Source: Streptosporangiaceae bacterium
GTDB lineage: Bacteria > Actinomycetota > Actinomycetes > Streptosporangiales > Streptosporangiaceae
Assembly (NCBI GenBank): GCA_035299845.1
Contig: DATGVY010000398.1
Coordinates: forward strand, 1 to 44,773
Direction: 5' to 3'
DNA: 44,773 bases
Under the pieces are notes generated by a model. The model was not told the DNA's origin, ran no database searches, and saw only the letters and a list, made by a program, of their open reading frames with translations. Shown here one piece after another: positions 26,448 through 34,807 of the stretch. The translations under genes were made by a program, and so were the position numbers. How positions within the stretch are numbered: the stretch's first letter is position 1; every line of letters starts with the position of its first letter.

Positions 26448-27560
26448 ATGACAAGAAACCCGGTCGCGGACACCGGATGGCTATCTTTCGACCTGCACGG
26501 GCGGGCACGCATGGGAGTGGCCCGGAATGCGCCGACCGCCGCACAGCTGCGTACGATGTTCGCCGACTTCCTGACGGAAGACGGCAACGGGCCGTTCGAC
26601 CTCACGGTCACTGGGGAAATGCAGCCGGTCCACGGGGTCGCCTACGCCGAGGACGCCTTCTCCTATACGCCCAATGCGATCTGCCTGCGCACACCCCCCC
26701 TGCAGATCCTTCGCAACGGCACAGGCCTGCAGCTGAACGGTCCTGGAGAATTGCTCACCACCGTGCTTCCCCTGCTGGACCGGATTCTGGTCGAGCGCGA
26801 CGTCGCCATGATCCACGCAGCCACCGTCAGCATCGACGGCCACGGCGTCGCGCTGCCGGCGGCCGGCGGAGTCGGCAAGACAAGCACGATCGCGAAGCTG
26901 ATGCGGTGCCCCGGGGTCGGCTTCATGGGCGACGACTGGGCTTTCGTCTCGGCTGAGGGGGAGCTGCTCGGGTTCGCCAAGCCGATGTTCATAAAGCCGC
27001 ATCACCGCACGATCTACCCGCATCTTTTCCACCGGATGCGCAAACCTCTGGTGCCGAAGAGGCTGTCGCGACCCATCGGCCGGCTTACCACCGTGGTGCA
27101 CCCCGTCGTAGTGCGCTACCCGCGGCTGGCCGCCTTCACCAGGCGGTGGTCGCCTGAACACATGATCATCTCGCCGCAGGAGGCGCTCCGCGGCTCCCCC
27201 ATCGTGCGGTCCGCCCCGCTGTCGGCCGCGGTATACGTCGAGCGGTACGACGGCGCGGAGCCGCAGTTGGCCGAACTCGACCGGACCGCAATGGTCGCCC
27301 GGATGCTTGGCAATTTCCACATTGAGATGACCCCTCATTCGCGCGAGGTGCTAAATCTCCTCGGCGCGACCGGGCAGATACCACTGCAGGACATCTTCGC
27401 CGACAAGGCCACGATCCTCGGCAAGGCGCTCCAGGACGTGCCCACGTTCCTGCTCCAAGTGCCCGTCGGCTACGACGCGGACCATGCCTCCGATGTCATC
27501 GTTGACCAGCTAGCGGCGGTGATCGCTCCACTCGGTGTGTCAGTCGAGAGCAGGTCATGA
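26448..27560 (+). CDS. HPr-kinase-like (HprK C-terminal / PEPCK-fold) P-loop protein
   Basis: IHAATVSIDGHGVALPAAGGVGKTSTIAKLM is a Walker-A motif in the HprK arrangement. GFMGDDWAFV follows and corresponds to the HprK xxADD segment. The start could instead be GTG 26418. Confidence 0.6.
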   Translation: MTRNPVADTGWLSFDLHGRARMGVARNAPTAAQLRTMFADFLTEDGNGPFDLTVTGEMQPVHGVAYAEDAFSYTPNAICLRTPPLQILRNGTGLQLNGPGELLTTVLPLLDRILVERDVAMIHAATVSIDGHGVALPAAGGVGKTSTIAKLMRCPGVGFMGDDWAFVSAEGELLGFAKPMFIKPHHRTIYPHLFHRMRKPLVPKRLSRPIGRLTTVVHPVVVRYPRLAAFTRRWSPEHMIISPQEALRGSPIVRSAPLSAAVYVERYDGAEPQLAELDRTAMVARMLGNFHIEMTPHSREVLNLLGATGQIPLQDIFADKATILGKALQDVPTFLLQVPVGYDADHASDVIVDQLAAVIAPLGVSVESRS

Positions 27561-30500
27561 GTGTCGTTGACGACCATGTCCAGCTTGCGGACCTGACGGT
27601 CGTCATACCGGTTCGCAACGCCGAGCGGCTCCTCCCGGCATGCATGGAATCGGCGCTACGGGAGCAACCTCGGGCGGTCATCGTCGTCGACGGGGAGTCG
27701 AGCGACCGCACGGTCGAGATCGCCCGCGAGTACGGCGCCTTGGTGGTCTCCGACGAAGGGCGGGGCCTTCCGGTGGCGCGCAAGCTCGGCGCCGAGTTCG
27801 CAACAACCCCGTACGTCGTCTTGGTCGATGCCGATGTCGTGCTGCACGAGGGTGCCTTGCACAGCCTGCGTCAAGAGTTCGAGGAGGGGAACTACACCGC
27901 GTTGCAGGCCGGCCTGATCAGCACCGGCGGCCCAGGCTACTGGGGCCGCGCGCTCGCACAACACCACCGGTGGGGCCGCAGCAGGAACTGGTTCGGCCTA
28001 GTCGCCACTATCTTCGACCGGGAAACGCTGCTCCGTATTGGCTTCGACGAGAAGTTCATCTCAGGCGAGGACATCGAGCTGCGCTGGCGGTTGCAGCGGG
28101 AGGGCGCACGCGTGGGCGTTTCGGCGCGAACCCTCGTCACCCACCGGTTCGGTGAGGACTCCTTCGCCTTCGCGCGCATGCAGTTCCGCATGGACGGCCG
28201 GGGCCTCGGCAAGATGATCCGCAAGCATGGATGGCGGGGTGCGCCCCTGCTGGCGTTGCCCGGCGCTGCTGCCGTTCGGGGCATCGGGCTCAGCCTGGTT
28301 CGGCTCCGCCCGCAGTGGATCCCCTACTATCTCTGCTTCGCCATCTTCAACTACCTGGCGATGATCGCCGAGCTGGCAACTGCCGCTCCCCAGGTAACGG
28401 AGCGGCTGGTGCGTCGGGTCCTGGGTAAAGGGGCGATGACCAGCGACGCGATCGGCCTGATCATCGGTCGCATGGCCTCGCTGGGCCTCGGGTTCCTGTT
28501 CTGGCTGGTCGCCGCCCACGTGGCCAGGCCAGCGCAGGTCGGATTCACAGCCGCCGTCGTGTCCGCGATGATGCTGTGCACACAGTTCGCCCAGCTCGGC
28601 ACGGGACAGGCCTTCATTAAGCTGTACCCTCGGCACCTCAAGAAGCCGGCCCCGTTGCTTGACAGCGTGCTCTCTATGGCCATGATCGGGGCGATTGGGG
28701 TCAGCCTGGCCTTCTTGTTGTTCGCCCGCACCATGTTTACCCAGCTCGATCATGTGGCGCACGATCCGGTCTGGGCGGTCGCGTTTCTCGCCCTGTCGGT
28801 GTTTGGCACCGCGCAGATCGTCTTCGACCAGATCTCGATGGGTCTTGAACGCGGCGGCCAGGCCGTTACTCGCAACGTCGCCTGCGGCCTGCTCACGCTC
28901 GCTCCGCTGGCTGTGCTGCCCGCCCTCGGTATCGGGGTGTCCAGATTGGGACTCTTCCTGGCCTGGGTTCTGGGCGGCGCGGGCACGGTCACGTTCGGTC
29001 TCTGGCAGCTCCGGAAATCGTGCGGTGGTTACCTGTACCGGCCACGGCTCGTGCGCAGCCTCATTCCAGCAATGGCGACGACCGGCCTCGCCAATCACAC
29101 GCTCACGCTCACCGAGCGCGTACCCGGACTGGTATTGCCGATCGTGGTGGCCGAGCTGCTCTCCCCCCAGGCGAACGCATACTGGTACGTGATCTGGATG
29201 AGTGCCTGGGTAGCGTTCATCACACCGCTTTCGGTAGGTATCGCGCTATTCGCCGAGGGCTCCCATCGGCCGACTACCATGTCCACGGCCACCACCCAGG
29301 CCCTGCGGGTCTCGCTGATCTTCGGCGGCGGAGGCGCGGTCTTGCTGTGCCTGCTCGCCAGCCCGGTGCTCGACCTGCTCGGTCATGACTACGCGCGGGC
29401 CGGCGTGACGCCGCTGCGCATCCTGCTGCTCGGCGTGATCCCGATGGCGTTCACCAGCGCCTACTACGCCGGATGCCGGGCGCGGGGGCGGCTGGGTGAG
29501 GCGATCGTCATCGGTATCCTCGGCGGCCTGGCGGCCATCTTCGTCACTGCCATGGCAGGCGTCCACTACGGCCTGACCGGCATGGCCGTCGCCTGGGTTG
29601 CCGTCCAAGCGATCGTCGCCTGCTGGGCCGGACTGCGGCTGTGGGCGGCGCGGGTGGTAGAAGCACCCGCAGGCGTCAAGCCGACACTGGCACCAACGCG
29701 GCAGACGTCACGCCGCCCGGCGATGCTTGAGCAGCTGCGCTTCCTCGCGCTGCCAGTCGCGGCGGTCGCGTGCTGGGCCTGGTCGCTGCCGCGCATCCAC
29801 GCCGGGGCGATGAACGATCTCGGCCTCGTCTCTGTGCTCCCATGGCAGACGTGGCTGGCGTTCGGCCTGCTCACCGTCGGCTTCATCGCCTGCTGGCGGC
29901 GCGCTGAACGGACAACCTGGCTGCTCCTCGTGCATGTGCTGCTGCTGATTTTCATGCTGTACGGGCTGCCCGGCCTGGTCCTCCACGAGCCGAGCGGGCC
30001 CATCGTGTTCCGGCACGCCGGCATCACCGAGAACCTGATCCGGACCAGGATCGTCAACACCAAGATCGACGCCTACTTCAGCTGGCCCGGCTTCTTCATG
30101 GGCATGGCCACGCTGGTCAAGCTCGGCGGGGCATCGAGCGCGCTCACCTTCGCCACCTGGGCGACCGTCGCCTTCAACCTGCTGTACCTGGCACCGCTGC
30201 TGCTCCTGACGCGGGCGCTGACGCGGGATCCGCGGCTGGCGTGGGCCACCATATGGATCTTCTACGCGGCGAACTGGATCGAGCAGGATTACCTGTCGCC
30301 GCAGGCCTTCACCTATCTCCTCTACCTGACGATCCTGGCACTGCTGCTCACGTATCTCCGCCCCCGCGATAGCGACCCCGACGCAGGCGGCCGGTGGGGG
30401 CGCAAGCTGCGGGCGCTGCTCCGGGTACGCATGGCTGACGTTCCGGTTCCCGTGGTCTCCCGCTGGACGACCGCGGCCGTGGTGGCGCTGGTGGTGCTGC

Positions 30501-31579
30501 TCTACACCGCCACCGTAGCGAGCCACCAGCTCACGCCGTTCGCGATCCTGATCAGCGTGGTGGCGCTCGTCGCCATCGGCCAGTGCACCGCACGTGGGCT
30601 GCCGCTGCTGATGGCGGTCATCGTCGCGCTGTGGGTTACCTTCGTCGCGCATGGCTACATCTCCGGGCATTTCGGCCAGATGGTCGGCAGCCTTGGCGAC
30701 CTGACCAGGGCCACCTCGGCCAACGTCACCGCGCGGCTCACCGGCAGCCCGCAGCACCTGATCGTGGTCCGGGAGCGGCTGCTGCTCAGCGGGATGCTGT
30801 GGCTGCTCGCGCTGCTCGGCGGCATCCGCCGGTTCCGGGCCGGCTATGCCGACCAAGCGGCCGCCGCACTGTGCCTCGCGCCGCTGCTGATGTTCGGCAT
30901 GCAGGTGTACGGCGGCGAGATGCTGTTGCGCATCTACTTCTTCATGCTGCCCTTCGTGGCATTCTTCGCAGCAGCCGCTCTCCGGGTGAACCGGGTGCCG
31001 GGCCGCAGGCTGCGCGCTCGCCTGCCCGTCGCGCTGCGCGGCAGCGCCACCGTCACCGCCCTCGGCCTGCCCATCACCGTCCTGCTGGCCGGCTGCCTAC
31101 TGGCGCGGTACGGGAACGAGCGCGCGGATTACTTCACCCCGAGTGACCGGGCCGCGTTCAGCTTCCTATACGCGCAGGCGCTGCCAGGTTCCACGTTCGC
31201 GGTCGAGCAGCCGTACCTGCCGTGGAAATACCAGGGATACGACCAGCACAAGTACCTGTCGGTCGAGTCAATGCTCGGCCAGCCGAACTCGCCCTCGCCC
31301 GCTCAGGCGCTGGCCCTGGTCACCCGCGCGCTCCGGCCGTTCCCCGGGCACCCAGCCGGATTCGTGATCTTGACCCGCTCGCAGCACGTGTACGCCCAGA
31401 TCTTCGGCGGCGTGCTCTCGCTGAGCTACATCGACAAATTCGAGCACCTGCTGTCGAAATCGCCGCGGTTCCGGCTCGTTTACGCCAGTACCAGCGCGCA
31501 GGTCTACGTACGACAGCTCTACCAGCGGCATCCCGCACTGGCTCAGCCACGACGGCCGGAGTTGAGGCATGCACGATAG
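27557..31579 (+). CDS. 1340-aa fusion: GT2 glycosyltransferase + MOP/Wzx-like flippase + GT-C-like polytopic domain with a C-terminal soluble module
   Basis: Residues ~1-240 are GT2-like: LTVVIPVRNAE, VIVVDGESSDRT, LVDADV (DxD), SGEDIELRWR. Residues ~290-690 contain about 12 hydrophobic helices with a Wzx-like layout. Residues ~700-1190 contain about 12 more helices (NDLGLVSVLPWQTW, DAYFSWPGFF). Residues ~1190-1340 are soluble and end FRLVYASTSAQVYVRQ. The reading frame is uninterrupted with high GC3 throughout. Confidence 0.75.
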   Translation: MSVVDDHVQLADLTVVIPVRNAERLLPACMESALREQPRAVIVVDGESSDRTVEIAREYGALVVSDEGRGLPVARKLGAEFATTPYVVLVDADVVLHEGALHSLRQEFEEGNYTALQAGLISTGGPGYWGRALAQHHRWGRSRNWFGLVATIFDRETLLRIGFDEKFISGEDIELRWRLQREGARVGVSARTLVTHRFGEDSFAFARMQFRMDGRGLGKMIRKHGWRGAPLLALPGAAAVRGIGLSLVRLRPQWIPYYLCFAIFNYLAMIAELATAAPQVTERLVRRVLGKGAMTSDAIGLIIGRMASLGLGFLFWLVAAHVARPAQVGFTAAVVSAMMLCTQFAQLGTGQAFIKLYPRHLKKPAPLLDSVLSMAMIGAIGVSLAFLLFARTMFTQLDHVAHDPVWAVAFLALSVFGTAQIVFDQISMGLERGGQAVTRNVACGLLTLAPLAVLPALGIGVSRLGLFLAWVLGGAGTVTFGLWQLRKSCGGYLYRPRLVRSLIPAMATTGLANHTLTLTERVPGLVLPIVVAELLSPQANAYWYVIWMSAWVAFITPLSVGIALFAEGSHRPTTMSTATTQALRVSLIFGGGGAVLLCLLASPVLDLLGHDYARAGVTPLRILLLGVIPMAFTSAYYAGCRARGRLGEAIVIGILGGLAAIFVTAMAGVHYGLTGMAVAWVAVQAIVACWAGLRLWAARVVEAPAGVKPTLAPTRQTSRRPAMLEQLRFLALPVAAVACWAWSLPRIHAGAMNDLGLVSVLPWQTWLAFGLLTVGFIACWRRAERTTWLLLVHVLLLIFMLYGLPGLVLHEPSGPIVFRHAGITENLIRTRIVNTKIDAYFSWPGFFMGMATLVKLGGASSALTFATWATVAFNLLYLAPLLLLTRALTRDPRLAWATIWIFYAANWIEQDYLSPQAFTYLLYLTILALLLTYLRPRDSDPDAGGRWGRKLRALLRVRMADVPVPVVSRWTTAAVVALVVLLYTATVASHQLTPFAILISVVALVAIGQCTARGLPLLMAVIVALWVTFVAHGYISGHFGQMVGSLGDLTRATSANVTARLTGSPQHLIVVRERLLLSGMLWLLALLGGIRRFRAGYADQAAAALCLAPLLMFGMQVYGGEMLLRIYFFMLPFVAFFAAAALRVNRVPGRRLRARLPVALRGSATVTALGLPITVLLAGCLLARYGNERADYFTPSDRAAFSFLYAQALPGSTFAVEQPYLPWKYQGYDQHKYLSVESMLGQPNSPSPAQALALVTRALRPFPGHPAGFVILTRSQHVYAQIFGGVLSLSYIDKFEHLLSKSPRFRLVYASTSAQVYVRQLYQRHPALAQPRRPELRHAR

Positions 31580-31919
31580 ATGGCTGCGGCCCGGAATAGT
31601 CCTCGCCTCCGGGACCGCCCTGGTAACGGTGATAGCCACCGGGATCGGCGCCCCCTGGCGCACGATCCTGGCCCTCTGGTTCGTGCTCGTCTGTCCGGGT
31701 GTGAGCCTGGTCGGCGTGCTCGGCCTGCGAGACCGCCTGGTCGAACTGGGCGTGGTGGCGCCGCTGAGCCTGGCGCTCGTGACGCTCACCTCGGTCGCCC
31801 TGTTCTACGGGGGTGTCTGGTCCACCAAGGCGGAGTTCGGCCTGCTGCTCGGGCTGTGCCTGATCGGGCTTGCCTGGTCCCACCTCCGCTCTCGTACTGA
31901 CGTGAAGGGGGAGGCATGA
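31569..31919 (+). CDS. Small 4-TM membrane protein (116 aa)
   Basis: High-GC3 frame with four hydrophobic segments. It overlaps the upstream gene by 11 nt and the downstream gene by ATGA. Confidence 0.6.
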   Translation: MHDRWLRPGIVLASGTALVTVIATGIGAPWRTILALWFVLVCPGVSLVGVLGLRDRLVELGVVAPLSLALVTLTSVALFYGGVWSTKAEFGLLLGLCLIGLAWSHLRSRTDVKGEA

Positions 31920-32143
31920 GCTATCTGCTAGCGAGCAATCCGCTGCAGCTCAGGGAAATCACTCCCGTCTACTTCGTGCCGATCGCCGCGTTACTTGTCC
32001 TGCTCGTGGAGCGGGAGATGATCCGCACCAGGCCGGGAACGCCGAGGGCGACGGCGCACCATGTGATCGATCTCGCCATCGTCCCGCTGATGTCCCTGTT
32101 CCTGATCTTCGTCGGCCTCCGCGCCGTCACCGTGCTCGGGTGA
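31916..32143 (+). CDS. Small 2-TM membrane protein (75 aa)
   Basis: High-GC3 frame with two hydrophobic segments (VYFVPIAALLVLLV and LAIVPLMSLFLIFVGL). It is coupled at both ends (ATGA and GTGA). Confidence 0.55.
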   Translation: MSYLLASNPLQLREITPVYFVPIAALLVLLVEREMIRTRPGTPRATAHHVIDLAIVPLMSLFLIFVGLRAVTVLG

Positions 32144-32973
32144 GCGCCATGACGGTACCCACAACGCTCGTACGACCGCGCCGGACGGAGCGGGCCAGCC
32201 TTGCCCTGGAGGGCCTGGCCTTCGCGACCGCCCTGGCCGGCGCAGAGGCGGTCTACCGCCTGGCCGGCCAGTTCTGGGGCGCCGTCTGCTTCGCCGTGGT
32301 CTTCCTCGCGATCGTCCATGTGGCCGCACTGGTCGGCGCGCGGGGGGTCGGCGCGCGGGGAACCGCTAATTCGGCGCTGACAGTACTCATCGCGGCGGCC
32401 AGCCTGGTCCCGCTGGAACGGCTGCTCGTGCTCAGCGCGCCCACGCTGACCTTCCTGCGGCTCTACCCGAATGCTCTGTGGGTGCTGCCCATCGGCGTGA
32501 CCGGGGGGTACGCCTACCGGGCCCGCTGGATCCCGGGGCCGCGCCCACTGGTGCTGCCCCCGCCCGGCGGCCGACGGCCGCGCGCCGTCCAGGCGGCCGT
32601 GCTGGTGACGGGTGCCGGGCTCGGCGTGCTTGGCGCCGTTATCGTTCCCTATGCTGGCCCGCATGTGCTGGTGCACCAGGACGCGGCGAAGTGGGTCGGG
32701 GCAGCGCTGTTCGCGCTGGCCGGCGCGGCGGAAGAACTGGCCTGGCGCGGCGTCCTGCAGTCGTTCGCGGTCAACGCCGCCGGCCCGGCGGGGATCGCAT
32801 TCTCCTTCCTCGCGTCCGCATACGTCTCGGTGGCCTGGATGGGCCCGATAGCGGCCGTGCCGGTCATCGCCCTGTCGACGGTGACCAGCGTGGTCGTCTA
32901 CCGGACTCGCTACCTGGGCGGGGCCGTGGCGGCCCACTTCCTGCTGAACCTGCTGCTGCTGACGCTACGGTGA
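32140..32973 (+). CDS. CPBP family intramembrane glutamic endopeptidase (CAAX protease/Abi-like)
   Basis: A polytopic membrane protein with AAEELAWRG (the EExxxR motif) and AAHFLLN (the HxxxN motif). Confidence 0.75.
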   Translation: MSAMTVPTTLVRPRRTERASLALEGLAFATALAGAEAVYRLAGQFWGAVCFAVVFLAIVHVAALVGARGVGARGTANSALTVLIAAASLVPLERLLVLSAPTLTFLRLYPNALWVLPIGVTGGYAYRARWIPGPRPLVLPPPGGRRPRAVQAAVLVTGAGLGVLGAVIVPYAGPHVLVHQDAAKWVGAALFALAGAAEELAWRGVLQSFAVNAAGPAGIAFSFLASAYVSVAWMGPIAAVPVIALSTVTSVVVYRTRYLGGAVAAHFLLNLLLLTLR

Positions 32974-34058
32974 GCGAATCCACGCTCGTCATCACCAGCG
33001 ACCTCCACCTCGGTGGAGGCATTCCGGCTGAGGCCTGGGGTCCAGGATTCAGCGACGAGTTCACCGACGACCAGGCCTTCAGCGACTTCCTACGCTGGCT
33101 CAGTCAGCGCCGGGGGTGCCGGCTGGTGTTCCTCGGCGATGCCTTCGATTTCCTGCGGGTTCCGGTGACCGGTGCGCGTACCGGCCTGTTCGCCCGCTGC
33201 GACGCCGAGGCGGTCGCCCAGCTTGACCGAATCGCCGCAGCCCACCCCACCGTGGTCAAGGCCCTGTCGGCTGCGCTCGCCGCAGGAGTGCATGTCGACT
33301 TCGTGTCCGGAAATCACGACGCTGAGCTCATTCGGCCAGCGGTACGGGAACGGCTGTGCGCGCTACTCGGGGCACAGGTCAGCTTTCACTCATGGATTCT
33401 GTACATCCCCGGGTTGCTCTACGCCGAGCACGGTCATCATCACCACGACATCAACACGTTCGTTCGCCCGCTGTACCCGTATGCGAAGAACGACGGACGC
33501 CTCGAGCGGCCACCCGCGGCATGGCTCGGTGACCTACGGCGCTTTCCTGCGAGCCCTAGCCATTTGTGGCGGGATGCCATGACAGGGCTACGCGGTCGCC
33601 CCTCGGCCAGGGGGCGCGCCGAGTACCTCGCCGGGCTGGCTCCGACGCACGCGGACGAGATCGGACTCCCGGAGGGCGTCTTGGCGGAGTTGCACCAGCT
33701 GGCCAGCTTCTCGCCGTTTGGAGTCGGGTGGCGGCTGGTCAGCACGCGACTGCGGCGCGGCGACCGCCGCGGTTACCTGCCCACCGCCGCTGCCGCCGTA
33801 CACGACCTGCTGGCCCGCAACCAGCTTGCCGTGCCGTTCTACGCGTTCGGCCACACGCACGCCGCGATGCGATTGCCGCTGGGGACGAATGCGTGGTATC
33901 TCAACAGTGGCACCTGGTCGAGGATGACCTGGGGCAGCGCCCGGGCCCGCAGGACATGGATTGAGATCACGGTAGGCGAGGCGCCTGACGCTGGCGCGCG
34001 GCTGTTCCACTGGACCGGCACCGCGGAGCCGCATACCGACCGCAGAGTGCCCATCTAG
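32970..34058 (+). CDS. Cytoplasmic calcineurin-like metallophosphoesterase (LpxH-like layout)
   Basis: The GTG start at 32970 overlaps the upstream TGA (GTGA). ITSDLHLG, FLGDAFDF, SGNHDAE, AEHGHHHH and AFGHTH are metallophosphoesterase motifs I-V. There is no signal peptide. The ORF-track extension from 32478 overlaps the CPBP gene. Confidence 0.8.
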   Translation: MSESTLVITSDLHLGGGIPAEAWGPGFSDEFTDDQAFSDFLRWLSQRRGCRLVFLGDAFDFLRVPVTGARTGLFARCDAEAVAQLDRIAAAHPTVVKALSAALAAGVHVDFVSGNHDAELIRPAVRERLCALLGAQVSFHSWILYIPGLLYAEHGHHHHDINTFVRPLYPYAKNDGRLERPPAAWLGDLRRFPASPSHLWRDAMTGLRGRPSARGRAEYLAGLAPTHADEIGLPEGVLAELHQLASFSPFGVGWRLVSTRLRRGDRRGYLPTAAAAVHDLLARNQLAVPFYAFGHTHAAMRLPLGTNAWYLNSGTWSRMTWGSARARRTWIEITVGEAPDAGARLFHWTGTAEPHTDRRVPI

Positions 34059-34744
34059 GACCAGGATGCCATCCTGGGACGCCCTTCACGCAGCTGTGCT
34101 CGGCGGGCGAGGGCGACGGCCTCCAGAGTGGTGTGGACCCCCAGCTTCGCCATCAGGTTTTGCAGGTGGCTGCGGACCGTATTAGCGGACAGGTGCATAC
34201 GCTCAGCGACTTCACGTCGGCCGATGCCTTCGGCCAGATATGAGAGCACCTCTCGCTCGCGAGGAGTGAGGCTCCCGAGCGGCTGCTTCAAGGATGCCTG
34301 CCGCTCGTCGCGCTCGTAGAGGAGCAGCCGCAGGACGGGGCCCACCGCCGCTGCCGGGAACCATGTTTCGTCGCGCATCACGCCCCGGATAACGCCCAGC
34401 AGCTGCTCGATCGACTCCTCCTTTGGTACCCATCCGGCGATCCCGGTGCGGAGCGCCTCCACGATACGCGTGGCCTCTGGCACCGTTCCCAGCATGATCA
34501 CCCGGACGGGCTGTGGGGTGGTGGCGCAGATGCGGGCCAACTCGTCGGCGAGGTGGAGACACTCCGTCAATTCGCTGTCAAGCAGCACGACGTCGACGTG
34601 TCGACCAACGAGCAACCTGCGCGCAGCCGCCGCTGACTCTGCGGCCGCTACGAGCAGCAAGCCGGGCTCAGCTGCGAGTCGGGAAGCGAGGGCGTCGGCG
34701 AAAGTACGCTGGCCGTCGACCACAGCCACGCTGATCTGGGTCAT
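34055..34744 (-). CDS. NarL/LuxR-family response regulator (slightly atypical receiver)
   Basis: The receiver has VVDGQ (DG in place of the usual DD), LLDSEL (phospho-acceptor Asp) and a conserved K in WVPKE. The C-terminal LuxR HTH reads LTPREREVLSYLAEGIGRREVAERMHLSANTVRSHLQNLMAKLG. Confidence 0.8.
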   Translation of the reverse strand: MTQISVAVVDGQRTFADALASRLAAEPGLLLVAAAESAAAARRLLVGRHVDVVLLDSELTECLHLADELARICATTPQPVRVIMLGTVPEATRIVEALRTGIAGWVPKEESIEQLLGVIRGVMRDETWFPAAAVGPVLRLLLYERDERQASLKQPLGSLTPREREVLSYLAEGIGRREVAERMHLSANTVRSHLQNLMAKLGVHTTLEAVALARRAQLREGRPRMASWS

Positions 34745-34807
34745 GCCGACAGCGTGACCTTCCTGCGGGGGTGGCGGCACCTCAGGATGTGCGTGGATTT
34801 CTACGAT

